From Chthonomonadaceae bacterium (GTDB lineage Bacteria; Armatimonadota; Chthonomonadetes; Chthonomonadales; Chthonomonadaceae): a stretch of DNA of 56,373 bases. Of this stretch, positions 9,501 to 18,440 are shown piece after piece; position 1 is the stretch's first letter; every line of letters starts with the position of its first letter. Where the stretch lies: NCBI GenBank assembly GCA_035650735.1, contig DASRGZ010000198.1, positions 62,001 to 118,373 on the forward strand, in the 5' to 3' direction. Under the pieces are notes generated by a model that saw only the letters and a program-made list of their open reading frames with translations, did no database searches and had not been told where the DNA came from. Both the position numbers and the translations under genes were made by a program.

Positions 9501-12473
9501 TCAGCGCCGGGGCAGGCGCAGCTTATGGACTGGAATGCCCTCTGCGGCCAGCGTATCCTGCGGATGGGCGCGCCGATAGCGGGGCACCAACAGCGGGGCC
9601 AGCTTGTCTTCGGCCAGGTACCGCCCGATGGCCTCTTCGCGCCGCGCCTCCGGGATACGCTGGAGCTGCTTGTCGCACCACTTGAGCTTGTAGTGGGCCG
9701 CCGCATCGTCCGGATCGGCAGCCAGCGCGCGGCGATAGACCAGCGCCGCCTCCGCATAGCTGCCCAGCTGGAACAGCGCCAGCCCCAGGTCCTTCTGGAG
9801 GGCGACATCCTGGGGGAACCGCGCCGTCAGCGGCGTGAGCAGACGCAGAGCGCGGTCGTACTCGCCCTGCTTGTTGGCGACCGTGCCAAGCTCGGCCTGT
9901 GCGGCGGGATCGCCGGGCGCCAGGCGCAGCGCCGCCTCGAATTGGGAGCGCGCCGAGAGCAGCGCCGCCTCTTTGAAGTAGGCACGGCCCAGGCCCAGGC
10001 GCGGTTCCGGGCGGTCGGGAGCCAGTTCCTGAGCGCGTTGGAAAGCGCGCAGAGCGCGGGGCAGATCGGGCGCTTCCGTGGGAGCCAGCAGCCCGACGCC
10101 ATATTGCAGGAACCGCGCCGCCGTCTCCCCTGCGGGCGCGCTGACGCGCGCTCGTTCCGCCTTTAAGGGCAGCGTGACGCTGGACTCCGCGAGCGTTATA
10201 ATGGGTAGGACGGCCCTCTCCCCTCGTTTTTGACCTAACCCCCCGGCCCCCTTCCCTGGGAGTGAAGGGGGTGACCCGGCTTGAGATGGTGCTGGCCCCC
10301 ACCCCCTTCCCCCACGAACAGGGGAGGGGAGAGACAGAGTTGGCTTCTCGGTTCCCCCTCTCCTGGTATTGGGAAAGGGGGACAGGGGGTGGGGGCCGCT
10401 CCCCTCTCCTTGCGAAGGAGAGGGGAAGGGGGTGAGGTCAGAAAGCGCCCAGCGCGCGAAGTCGGGGCGCAGGTGACGATAGCGCAGGCGTGCCGCCAGG
10501 CGCAGCGGGCCGACAAGCGGCGCTCCGTCCAGCCCACGCTGCGGCAAGATCAGCTCATAGCGGGCGATGTCGGCGCTGCCGGGAGCAATGACGCGGTCAT
10601 AGGCCATCGTCACCATCGCGGTCAGCTCGTGGCGCGTGAGGGCGTTTCCCGCGCGATCCAGCGGCACCATCCGGTAGGCGTGCGTGTCGGGCGGCAGCGG
10701 ACTCTCGTCGGAAGGCAGAAGGCCGCTGGCCAGCAGCAGCCGTCCCTGCCCATCCCGGAGCGTCACCTCCAGCCAGGCGTCCCGGATATCCGAGTAGCCG
10801 GCGGGAAAGCTGTGGCCCACGCCGCGATTGCCGACCACGACATCGAGCCTCAGCCTCTCGTCGGGACGCAGGACGGCAGGCGCGGCATCCAGCGGCGCGA
10901 TCCACTCTTCCGGCCTGTTGGGGCCGCGCTCGCGCCGCAGCGCGAACAGATCGAGCGTGATGCGGCCTGCCTGCAAGAACGCTTCCGTCTGCCGGACGCG
11001 CGCCTGATCGCCGGCCAGAGCCGGAACGGCGGTGTTCGCGCCCAGAGCGGCATGGGAAGTATGCCCGGCAATATGCGGGAAATGGCAGTCCTGGCAGGTC
11101 TGCGGCGGAACGGCCAGCAGGCCCGGCGTCCGCGCGTTGCGCCCGGAGAACGGCCCCGCCTGCCACGCGCCGTATTCATCCGGCCCGCGCACGAACTGGT
11201 AGTGATTCTGGGCCACGCTGAAGCTCTGCCGGTGGCAGGCCGAGCAGAATTCCGCAGAGCGGTGCAGGTCGGGCTTGAGGAAGGCGCGCTGATGCGGGCC
11301 GGGGCGCACGCGGATCAAGAAATCATGCAGGCGGCGACGCCAGCCGCCCACAGCCGCGCCGAAGGGGTAGTTGCCGGGAACGGCTAGGGTGAACCGCCCA
11401 TTGCCGGTGCGCGTCGGCGTCCCGGCAGCGGCATGGCAGACGACGCAGGAGACGCCTTCAGAGGTAGAAGACGAGGACAAGACAACAGGGGAGAGAAACC
11501 CTTCTCGCTCTTCTCTCTTCTCAGCGCGAAGCGCACTCTCCGGCGCATGGCAGCCGGCGCACCAGCGCGCCGCCGTCTCCCCCGAACGCGCCGCGTACTC
11601 CGCCTCCACGCGCCGATAAAACGGATCGGCCTCGGCGAAGCGGTGGCCGGAGGGCAGCCATTCGCGATAGGCGTCCTGATGGCATCCGGCGCGTCCGCAA
11701 TAGGCGGCGGGGAACGCGCGTAAGCCCTCCACGGCGCTGCCCTCCGCCAGGCGCACGCCGGCGGGAAAAGAGGGGTTCTGCGCCTGGAGGGCATTGGTCG
11801 CGGTCAGATCGCGATAATAGGTGTCCTGCGTGTACTCCGGCAGGGCGGCGGCAGCCCACACCGCGCACGGCCCCAGCAGCAACAGCCCGGCCAGAGCGGA
11901 GGCCGTTCGCGGGCTCGATCCGCCCGGAGACGAAACGGCAAGCCGCCTGCGCCGCAGCGCCCAGATGCCCGCCGCGCCGACTCCGGCAAAGCCTGCCAGC
12001 ACATGCAGCCACCAGAGGACGGCATCCCGCGCCGTGCTGAGGCCCAGCGCCGCATACAGGAACAGCATCAGGCCCGTCAGCGCGCAGGCCAGGGCGAGGA
12101 AGGCCAGCAGCGCCAGGAGAGACCGCGCCGCCCGTCCTGCGCCCCACGCCCGTTGAAGGCTCCTCCAGAGCGCCATCCCGACAGGCACGCTCAACGCCAG
12201 ACCCAGCCCGATATGGAGCAGGACGGCGCACGCCGCGCCCGCGCTCATCGCATTCCAGGCCGGGCCGATGAGATAGAGCGCGGTCAGCGTCAGGAGGATA
12301 AGGCCCAGCGTGATTGGCTTCTTACCCGCCTGGAGGCGGGTGGCCTCCGCGCGGTATGCGGGGATAAGGCCCAGTGTGATTGGCTTCTTACCCTTGCCCA
12401 TTTCGAAGAGAAGCCCCAGCGATAGGAAGGACTGGGACGCGGTCATCCTCACGCAGTCGGCCATCTTGCCCAT
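9501..12473 (-). CDS. Membrane-anchored multiheme c-type cytochrome with C-terminal TPRs; 5' end disturbed by repeats
   Basis: About 5 TM helices; CGRAGCH, CAGCH, CVVCH, CSACH and CQDCH; TPR repeats; the original start is probably ATG 12537, now out of frame. Confidence 0.8.
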   Translation of the reverse strand: MGKMADCVRMTASQSFLSLGLLFEMGKGKKPITLGLIPAYRAEATRLQAGKKPITLGLILLTLTALYLIGPAWNAMSAGAACAVLLHIGLGLALSVPVGMALWRSLQRAWGAGRAARSLLALLAFLALACALTGLMLFLYAALGLSTARDAVLWWLHVLAGFAGVGAAGIWALRRRRLAVSSPGGSSPRTASALAGLLLLGPCAVWAAAALPEYTQDTYYRDLTATNALQAQNPSFPAGVRLAEGSAVEGLRAFPAAYCGRAGCHQDAYREWLPSGHRFAEADPFYRRVEAEYAARSGETAARWCAGCHAPESALRAEKREEREGFLSPVVLSSSSTSEGVSCVVCHAAAGTPTRTGNGRFTLAVPGNYPFGAAVGGWRRRLHDFLIRVRPGPHQRAFLKPDLHRSAEFCSACHRQSFSVAQNHYQFVRGPDEYGAWQAGPFSGRNARTPGLLAVPPQTCQDCHFPHIAGHTSHAALGANTAVPALAGDQARVRQTEAFLQAGRITLDLFALRRERGPNRPEEWIAPLDAAPAVLRPDERLRLDVVVGNRGVGHSFPAGYSDIRDAWLEVTLRDGQGRLLLASGLLPSDESPLPPDTHAYRMVPLDRAGNALTRHELTAMVTMAYDRVIAPGSADIARYELILPQRGLDGAPLVGPLRLAARLRYRHLRPDFARWALSDLTPFPSPSQGEGSGPHPLSPFPNTRRGGTEKPTLSLPSPVRGGRGWGPAPSQAGSPPSLPGKGAGGLGQKRGERAVLPIITLAESSVTLPLKAERARVSAPAGETAARFLQYGVGLLAPTEAPDLPRALRAFQRAQELAPDRPEPRLGLGRAYFKEAALLSARSQFEAALRLAPGDPAAQAELGTVANKQGEYDRALRLLTPLTARFPQDVALQKDLGLALFQLGSYAEAALVYRRALAADPDDAAAHYKLKWCDKQLQRIPEARREEAIGRYLAEDKLAPLLVPRYRRAHPQDTLAAEGIPVHKLRLPRR
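10231..10440. repeat. 210-bp palindromic element (family P) inserted in frame in the cytochrome CDS
   Basis: Terminal inverted TGACCT(A/C)ACCCC; internal CCCCTCTCC..GGAGAGGGG hairpins as in the intergenic copies; 70 codons. Confidence 0.85.
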
Positions 12474-12528
12474 TTCGAAGAGAAGCCCCAGCGATAGGAA
12501 GGGATAAGGCCCAGCGTGACTGCTTCTT
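12296..12528. repeat. Nested direct repeats with 34-bp spacers
   Basis: R (GGATAAGGCCCAGYGTGATTGGCTTCTTACCC) at 12296 and 12362, degenerate at 12502; 38-bp G repeat at 12393 and 12465. Confidence 0.9.
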
Positions 12529-12533
12529 GCGGC

Positions 12534-13985
12534 TCATACTCGTTCTGGCACGACGAAGGGAGCGCGGTAAGGCCGGGTCAGCAGGGCGTTGGCCTGCGCG
12601 TTATGGCCGAAGTTCTCCGCACGCGGGTTAAACTTCAGGCTCGGCCCCAGGCGGTAGGACGTCTCCTGTAGGGCAATGCCGTTATCGGCCAGATGCTGCT
12701 CGAAGCGCCCGAACGTCTCGTAGGCTTCTTTGTCGTCGCCGAACGCCTTCGTCTTGGCGTTGAAGGGCTGCAGCGTGCCCAGCCGGTAAGAGATGTTGCC
12801 CAGGTGGCAGAGCGCGCTGGAGAGGTGGCCCTCCAGAATATCGGCACGGAGGTCCATATACCGACGGCTGCGGACGGCATCCAGGAAGTTGCCGAAGTGG
12901 TCGCCCCCACCCTCAAATTTACGGATCGCGTTGTCGTGGTTGTCGAAGGCGACGGCGACGCTGTATTCGCTAAAGACGACGTAGCCGTCCGTGCCGTAGA
13001 TGATATTGCCGATTTTGGCGCCTTTCAGGGGATCGGTCTTGAGGCCGCGCACCTCAAAAATCAGGTGGGCGTCGCCGTAGTCGTAGAAGGTCAGCTCCGT
13101 GTTGGGCGTCTCGCCGTCATCCTCGTAGCCGAAGCGCCCGCCGAGTCCCAGAACGCTATGGGGCAGCGTGTCCTTGTTGAGCGCCCAGCGTGCCACGTCC
13201 ATCTGATGGATGCCCTGGTTGCCCAGGTCGCCGTTGCCGTAGTCCCAGTGCCAGTGCCAGTTGTAGTGGAAGCGGTTGCGGTTAAAGGGCCGGACGGGCG
13301 CCGGGCCGAGCCAGAGGTCGTAGTCCACGCCGGGCGGGACGGGGCTATCCGGGTACTTGCCGATGCTGGCACGCGGCTTATAGCAGAGGCCGCGCGCCAG
13401 CGTAACCCGACCGATCTGGCCGGAGTGAATAAACTCGATGGCATCGCGCGATCCCTGCATAGAGCGGATCTGGGTTCCGGTCTGGCAGATACGCCCGTAC
13501 TTGCGCGCCGCCTCGACCATACGCCGCCCCTCGCTGACGTTGTGGCTGACGGGCTTTTCAACATAGACATCCTTGCCCGCCTGCATGGCCCAGATGGCTG
13601 CCAGAGCGTGCCAGTGGTTGGGCGTGGCGATGGAGACGGCATCCACTTCCCTGTCGTCGAGCAGGTGGCGCAGGTCCTGCACCGCCTTCGGCGTCGGCTT
13701 GTTCTTCTCTTCCACGGCCTTGCACGCTCTGCCGATCACGCTCTGGTCCACGTCACAGATGGCGACTACCTCCGCATCCTCACGCGCGGCGTAGGAGCGG
13801 ACGTGATCGAGGCCCCGGCCATGCACGCCAATGCAGGCGACGTGAATTTTTTCGTTCGGGCCAACCTTCCGTCCCCGGCTTGGCCGCCCGGCAGCGTCCA
13901 CTGTCTCCAGAGAGCCGAGGCCGGTGAGGGCGGCAGCCGAGAGCAGGGATCGCTCCAGGAAGCGCCGTCGGGTCATCTTGTCCAT
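12534..13985 (-). CDS. Tat-exported Gfo/Idh/MocA-family oxidoreductase
   Basis: TRRRFL Tat motif; IATPNHWH, YVEKP, DLWLGPAP and GDLGNQGIH motifs. Confidence 0.93.
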   Translation of the reverse strand: MDKMTRRRFLERSLLSAAALTGLGSLETVDAAGRPSRGRKVGPNEKIHVACIGVHGRGLDHVRSYAAREDAEVVAICDVDQSVIGRACKAVEEKNKPTPKAVQDLRHLLDDREVDAVSIATPNHWHALAAIWAMQAGKDVYVEKPVSHNVSEGRRMVEAARKYGRICQTGTQIRSMQGSRDAIEFIHSGQIGRVTLARGLCYKPRASIGKYPDSPVPPGVDYDLWLGPAPVRPFNRNRFHYNWHWHWDYGNGDLGNQGIHQMDVARWALNKDTLPHSVLGLGGRFGYEDDGETPNTELTFYDYGDAHLIFEVRGLKTDPLKGAKIGNIIYGTDGYVVFSEYSVAVAFDNHDNAIRKFEGGGDHFGNFLDAVRSRRYMDLRADILEGHLSSALCHLGNISYRLGTLQPFNAKTKAFGDDKEAYETFGRFEQHLADNGIALQETSYRLGPSLKFNPRAENFGHNAQANALLTRPYRAPFVVPERV

Positions 13986-14036
13986 AGATCCCTTCCTCCT
14001 GCGTAGTTTGATTCACAGGCTACACTCAACCGCAAG

Positions 14037-15083
14037 TCATGCCGCTGCCATTGATGCCATATCAATGACGAAGCGATAGCGAACGTCGCCACGGCCGAGC
14101 CGTGCGTATGCCTCGTTGATTTGATCTGCCCGAATGACTTCCACATCCGCCGTAATGCCGCGTTCGGCACAGAAATCGAGCATCTCCTGTGTCTGGGCAA
14201 TGCCGCCGATCAGAGATCCGGCCAGTCTGCGGCGGCCGAAGAGAAGCGGAAGAGAAGGGACCGGTATCGGCTCGGTGGCTACGCCAAGCAGCACCATTGT
14301 TCCATCCTTCGCAAGTAGATTGAGCAGGTCGTTGATCTCGTGCGCCGAGGAGACGGTGTTGATGATGAGATCGAATCCGAATGCGGACGCCTCCATGGCT
14401 TCCTTGTCCCGGGAGATCAGAAAGCGCTTCGCTCCCATGCCCAGAGCATCGTCCTTCTTGCGTTCCGATGTGCTGATGACCGTCACCTCAGCGCCCATGG
14501 CGGCTCCCAGCTTGACGGTCATGTGACCGAGCCCGCCGAGCCCGACCACGGCCAGCCTGGCGCCGGCCCCTACCCCCCACGTGCGGAGCGGCGAGTAGGT
14601 GGTGATTCCGGCGCATAGGAGCGGCGCCGCTGCATCCATGGGCAAGCCTTCCGGCATACGCAAGACGAAGTGTTCGTCCACGGTGACCTTGGTCGAATAG
14701 CCGCCCTGCGTGGTAGAGCCGTCGCGATCAACCCAACTGTAGGTCAGGATGCAGCGCGGACAGTACTGCTCTTCTCCCTGCTGACAGCTAGCGCAGGTGC
14801 GGCATGAGTTCACCATGCAGCCGACGGCTACAGGATCCCCCAGTTTGAAGCGAGTGACCTCAGAACCCACGCGATCCACCGTGCCGGTGATCTCATGCCC
14901 CGGCACGAGCGGATATCGCGTCAACCCAAGGTCGTTCTTAACGAAGTGCAAGTCTGTATGACAGATGCCGCAGTACTGAATGTTGATTGCCACATCTGTC
15001 GGCCCTGGCTCGCGACGCTCAAGGGGATAGGGACGCAAGGGAGATACGGAGTCAAACGCTGCGTAGCTCTGTGCGGGGATCAT
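14037..15083 (-). CDS. Zn-dependent NAD(P) alcohol dehydrogenase (cinnamyl/YahK-like)
   Basis: CGICHTD, GHE, CRTCASC..C, PLLCAGITTYSPL, GLGGLGH and YRFVID motifs. Confidence 0.95.
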   Translation of the reverse strand: MIPAQSYAAFDSVSPLRPYPLERREPGPTDVAINIQYCGICHTDLHFVKNDLGLTRYPLVPGHEITGTVDRVGSEVTRFKLGDPVAVGCMVNSCRTCASCQQGEEQYCPRCILTYSWVDRDGSTTQGGYSTKVTVDEHFVLRMPEGLPMDAAAPLLCAGITTYSPLRTWGVGAGARLAVVGLGGLGHMTVKLGAAMGAEVTVISTSERKKDDALGMGAKRFLISRDKEAMEASAFGFDLIINTVSSAHEINDLLNLLAKDGTMVLLGVATEPIPVPSLPLLFGRRRLAGSLIGGIAQTQEMLDFCAERGITADVEVIRADQINEAYARLGRGDVRYRFVIDMASMAAA

Positions 15084-15280
15084 GGTAATTCCTCCTTCTT
15101 AACTCGCCGGTGCCAGCTTTGACGCGACTTCGGTCTTGCACGCTCTGGCTTTCCATACGGCATCGGAGAGGCATCTTCCTGCTGAATGGAAAATCCTGCG
15201 AGCAGAATAGCTCGTATAGGGCCAAGACGGGCCAGCTAAGGGTAAAATGAGAACAATGAGAACAGCGTCCACTTAGGAGA

Positions 15281-17668
15281 ATGGGCAGGGAAGGACGAAG
15301 GAGCGCAGTAGTGGCGGAGTATCAGGCTGTAGAGAAGCGGTTTGCAGGGTTTCGTCTGGCAATATGGCTAGTGGCGCTGATGATCGGCTGGGTCTTTTTC
15401 CGCGGGAAATATCCGTTGGCCTGGCAGGTTGCCGCCTTCGGCGCCGGGTTCACCTCCCTGTTCGCCTTTGCGCTGCGCCCGAAGCCCACTTCGCAGCCCG
15501 CCGTGACGGAGGGCAGCGAGGCCCCCTCCGAAATGCCGACCGAACAGACGCCGCTGACCGGCAGCGCGTTCCCCCGCACCATGGACATCGGCGTGGATCT
15601 GATCGTGGTAATCGCGCTGACGAACGTGACCGACGGCTTCTCCAGCCCCTTCTCGCCGCTCTACTTTTTCCCCGTGATCGAAGCCTACGCGCTGCTGGGC
15701 GCGGCGGAGGCCGTCTATACGGCGCTGGCGGCGGCGCTGCTCAGCCTGGTTCACTTCCGCCTGGGGCCACCCTCTCTCAACGCCGCCGTGCTCTACGGCG
15801 TGGCGATGGGCACGCTGGTCGTCACCGCCGTGCTGGTTGGGCTGCGACAGACCGCCGCGCTGCTGGCGGGCACAGAGGCAGGAATGCCGCTATGGGGCAA
15901 TCGGCAGCGGCAGGTAGGCCGCTCCACGCTCATGAAGCAGCGCACGGTAGAAGAGCTGGAGCGGCAACTGGAAGAGCAGGAAGCCGCTTCCCGTCAGCTA
16001 AAGGCGACCTACCGCGAGGTGGCGCAGCGGCATCGTGAGCAGAGGACACAGATTGAGCGGCTGCGGACGGCGGAGCAGCTTTTCGAGGCCAGCGCCGCGC
16101 CCATCGCCAACGAAGATGCGGCTGCCGCCTATACGCGCCTCCTGCATATCCTCACGGACGCGCTGGAGGCCGGCGGCGCGGCGCTCTGGCTGCGCGAGCG
16201 ACAGGGGGACACGCTGAGCGTGCAGGCGATGGTGGGGCGCGTGGCGCCGCTTCTCCGTGACACGCCGATCCCTCGCGTCGCCGAGACGCCGCCGGGCGAG
16301 CTGCGCGCGCTCTGCGAGGAGCGACTGCTGGCCTCTGCGCCTGTATCGCCTGCCCGTAAAGCGCCTCCCGCGCAAGCATCGGGGACTGCGGAGGGTGCGG
16401 AGCCGGAAACGGAGGCGGCAGCCGGCAATTCGGCGGCCCGGCCGGTGCTGGTCGCGCTGCTGCGCGCGACGGAGGAGGATGGCGCCAACGTCGGCGCGAT
16501 CATCGGGGCGGTAGGCGTGTGCGACCCGCGCGGCGCCGCTCGATTCTCCCCCTCCGATGCCGAAACCCTTCAGGCCCTGGCCGCGCCCTTCTCCGCCGCC
16601 CTCGCCAACGTCGAGCAACGCCGCCGATTGCAGCGGCGTGTGCGCGAGATCTCCCTGCTCTACGATTTGAGCCGCCTGGTCCAGACCGCTACGGACATGA
16701 ACCAGGTCTACAACGCCGTCGTGGCGCAGGTGCAGCAGATCATCCCCTGCGAGAACTGCACCCTCTTTCTGCTAGACCCAACGCGCAGCCGCCTGGAGCC
16801 GAAGGCCACGCGCGGGCGCGTGGTCAACCTGCTGGATCACATCGCCTTTGAGAAGGGGCAGGGCGTCTCCGGCTGGGTCGCCAGCCGGGGCAAGCAGTTG
16901 GTCATCGCCGACCTGAAGCAGGAGCACAACCTGCTCAACGTCGAGATGATTCCGCCGCGCGTGCGCTCCTTTGTCGCCGTGCCGCTGATGGTGCAGGAGA
17001 ACGTGATCGGCGTGCTCAACGTCAGCCACTCCCAGCCTAACGCCTTCACCGCCGAGGACGTGCAGCTCCTGACGATTCTGGCGGGGCAGGCGGCGGTCAC
17101 CATCGAGCGCACCGAGGTCTTTCACACGCTGGAAACCCTGGCTATCACGGATGGCCTCACGCAGGTCTACAACCACCGCTATTTCCAGATGCGCCTGGAG
17201 GACGAACTGCGGCGCGGGCGCCGCTATAACCTGGCCGTCTCCCTGATGCTGGCGGACGCCGACAACTTCAAGAGCATCAACGACCACTACGGGCACGCCA
17301 CCGGCGATAAGGTGCTGCGGGAGCTGGCGGCGCTGCTGCGGCGGTCGGTGCGCGAGACGGAGATCGTGGCCCGCTACGGCGGAGAGGAGTTCGCGCTGAT
17401 TCTGCCGCAGACGGGCGCGGAGCAGGCTCTGGTCGCGGCGGAGCGCGTGCGCGCCAACGTCGGGGCCGCTACCTTCCAGGCCGCCGACGGCCAGCCGATC
17501 CACCTCACCGTCAGCATCGGCATTGCGACCTTTCCTACGCACGGAGCCACCCGCGCCAAGCTGATTGAGCAGGCGGACGGGGCGCTCTATGCGGCCAAGC
17601 GCCGGGGACGCAACGCCGTCTGTCTGGCCTCTGCCCTGCCGAGCCCACAGAATGAGGCCCAGCCCTAA
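15281..17668 (+). CDS. Membrane GAF-GAF-GGDEF diguanylate cyclase
   Basis: N-terminal TM helices, coiled coil, GAF domains, TDGLT, DNFKSINDHYGHATGD and RYGGEEF. Confidence 0.93.
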   Translation: MGREGRRSAVVAEYQAVEKRFAGFRLAIWLVALMIGWVFFRGKYPLAWQVAAFGAGFTSLFAFALRPKPTSQPAVTEGSEAPSEMPTEQTPLTGSAFPRTMDIGVDLIVVIALTNVTDGFSSPFSPLYFFPVIEAYALLGAAEAVYTALAAALLSLVHFRLGPPSLNAAVLYGVAMGTLVVTAVLVGLRQTAALLAGTEAGMPLWGNRQRQVGRSTLMKQRTVEELERQLEEQEAASRQLKATYREVAQRHREQRTQIERLRTAEQLFEASAAPIANEDAAAAYTRLLHILTDALEAGGAALWLRERQGDTLSVQAMVGRVAPLLRDTPIPRVAETPPGELRALCEERLLASAPVSPARKAPPAQASGTAEGAEPETEAAAGNSAARPVLVALLRATEEDGANVGAIIGAVGVCDPRGAARFSPSDAETLQALAAPFSAALANVEQRRRLQRRVREISLLYDLSRLVQTATDMNQVYNAVVAQVQQIIPCENCTLFLLDPTRSRLEPKATRGRVVNLLDHIAFEKGQGVSGWVASRGKQLVIADLKQEHNLLNVEMIPPRVRSFVAVPLMVQENVIGVLNVSHSQPNAFTAEDVQLLTILAGQAAVTIERTEVFHTLETLAITDGLTQVYNHRYFQMRLEDELRRGRRYNLAVSLMLADADNFKSINDHYGHATGDKVLRELAALLRRSVRETEIVARYGGEEFALILPQTGAEQALVAAERVRANVGAATFQAADGQPIHLTVSIGIATFPTHGATRAKLIEQADGALYAAKRRGRNAVCLASALPSPQNEAQP

Positions 17669-17850
17669 AGGACCGGGCTGTGGGCGGCAAGCCCGCTAAA
17701 GCGGGCTAAGAGAGGTTGGTTAGTCCCCTGCGAGAAGCTCTCCAGGCGGAGCGCTTGGGCGCCTTTGCCTCTGGTAGAAACCGATCCGCTCTGCGTAGCC
17801 CCGTTCACGGGGCTTGCCGTCCGCAGCCCATTCCTTTAGGGATGGGCTGC
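17657..17850. repeat. REPIN-like inverted doublet, family B, copy 2
   Basis: Homologous to 4954-5105; contains the TAA stop of the cyclase gene. Confidence 0.8.
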
Positions 17851-17878
17851 CCGGCCCGATCCGGAAAGCCCTGGGAAG

Positions 17879-18325
17879 ATGCCAAACGCCAACCTCTCCG
17901 CCTTCCTCTATGCCCTGCTGTTCGCGCTGCTGGCGGTTGCGGCCCTCCTCCTCTTTTTTATCAGCCCTCCCGTGGCCGCGGCAATTGTTATCCTGCTGGT
18001 CCTCCTGGGGCTACAGCGTCGGCGCCGCCGGTGGCTGGCCTCTGCCCCGCCGCCGCACAAGCAATCGGGCGTGCGGGTCTATGGCAAACGCTCCTGGGCC
18101 GATGAGCAGAATCGGCTGCACTATCTGGTGGAATTTGCGCACCCGGAGTGGGGAGAGCAGACGCTCACCTACGAGGTCCCAGAGCTGGCTTACAACGCGC
18201 TCCAGGCGGGCGATACGGGCCTGTTGACTATTCAGACGCAGTTCTGGGGGCAATCTACAGAAGAAGCCGCCTTTGTCTCCTTTGAAAAAGAGGAGAGCGT
18301 TGCACGCAAGGAGGAATCCTGCTGA
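17879..18325 (+). CDS. Membrane protein with a small beta domain (DUF2500-like)
   Basis: Two TM helices, then VRVYGKR...HYLVEF...YEVPELAYNALQAGDTGLLT. Confidence 0.6.
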   Translation: MPNANLSAFLYALLFALLAVAALLLFFISPPVAAAIVILLVLLGLQRRRRRWLASAPPPHKQSGVRVYGKRSWADEQNRLHYLVEFAHPEWGEQTLTYEVPELAYNALQAGDTGLLTIQTQFWGQSTEEAAFVSFEKEESVARKEESC

Positions 18326-18440
18326 GTGATGCCGAAATAGCGTTCTATCCCCGCCCCGTACGCCAGTACGGGCACTAATCCACGCTTTTAATTGCAAAAA
18401 TGGCCGCAAGCAGTGGCTAATTAGCGAATCGGGCGAGCGA

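Noticed and set aside
12296..12528. Bona fide CRISPR array
   Set aside because: Only 2-3 repeats per unit, the repeat equals host coding sequence, and there is no leader or cas gene; kept as a repeat and finding, not a CRISPR call.
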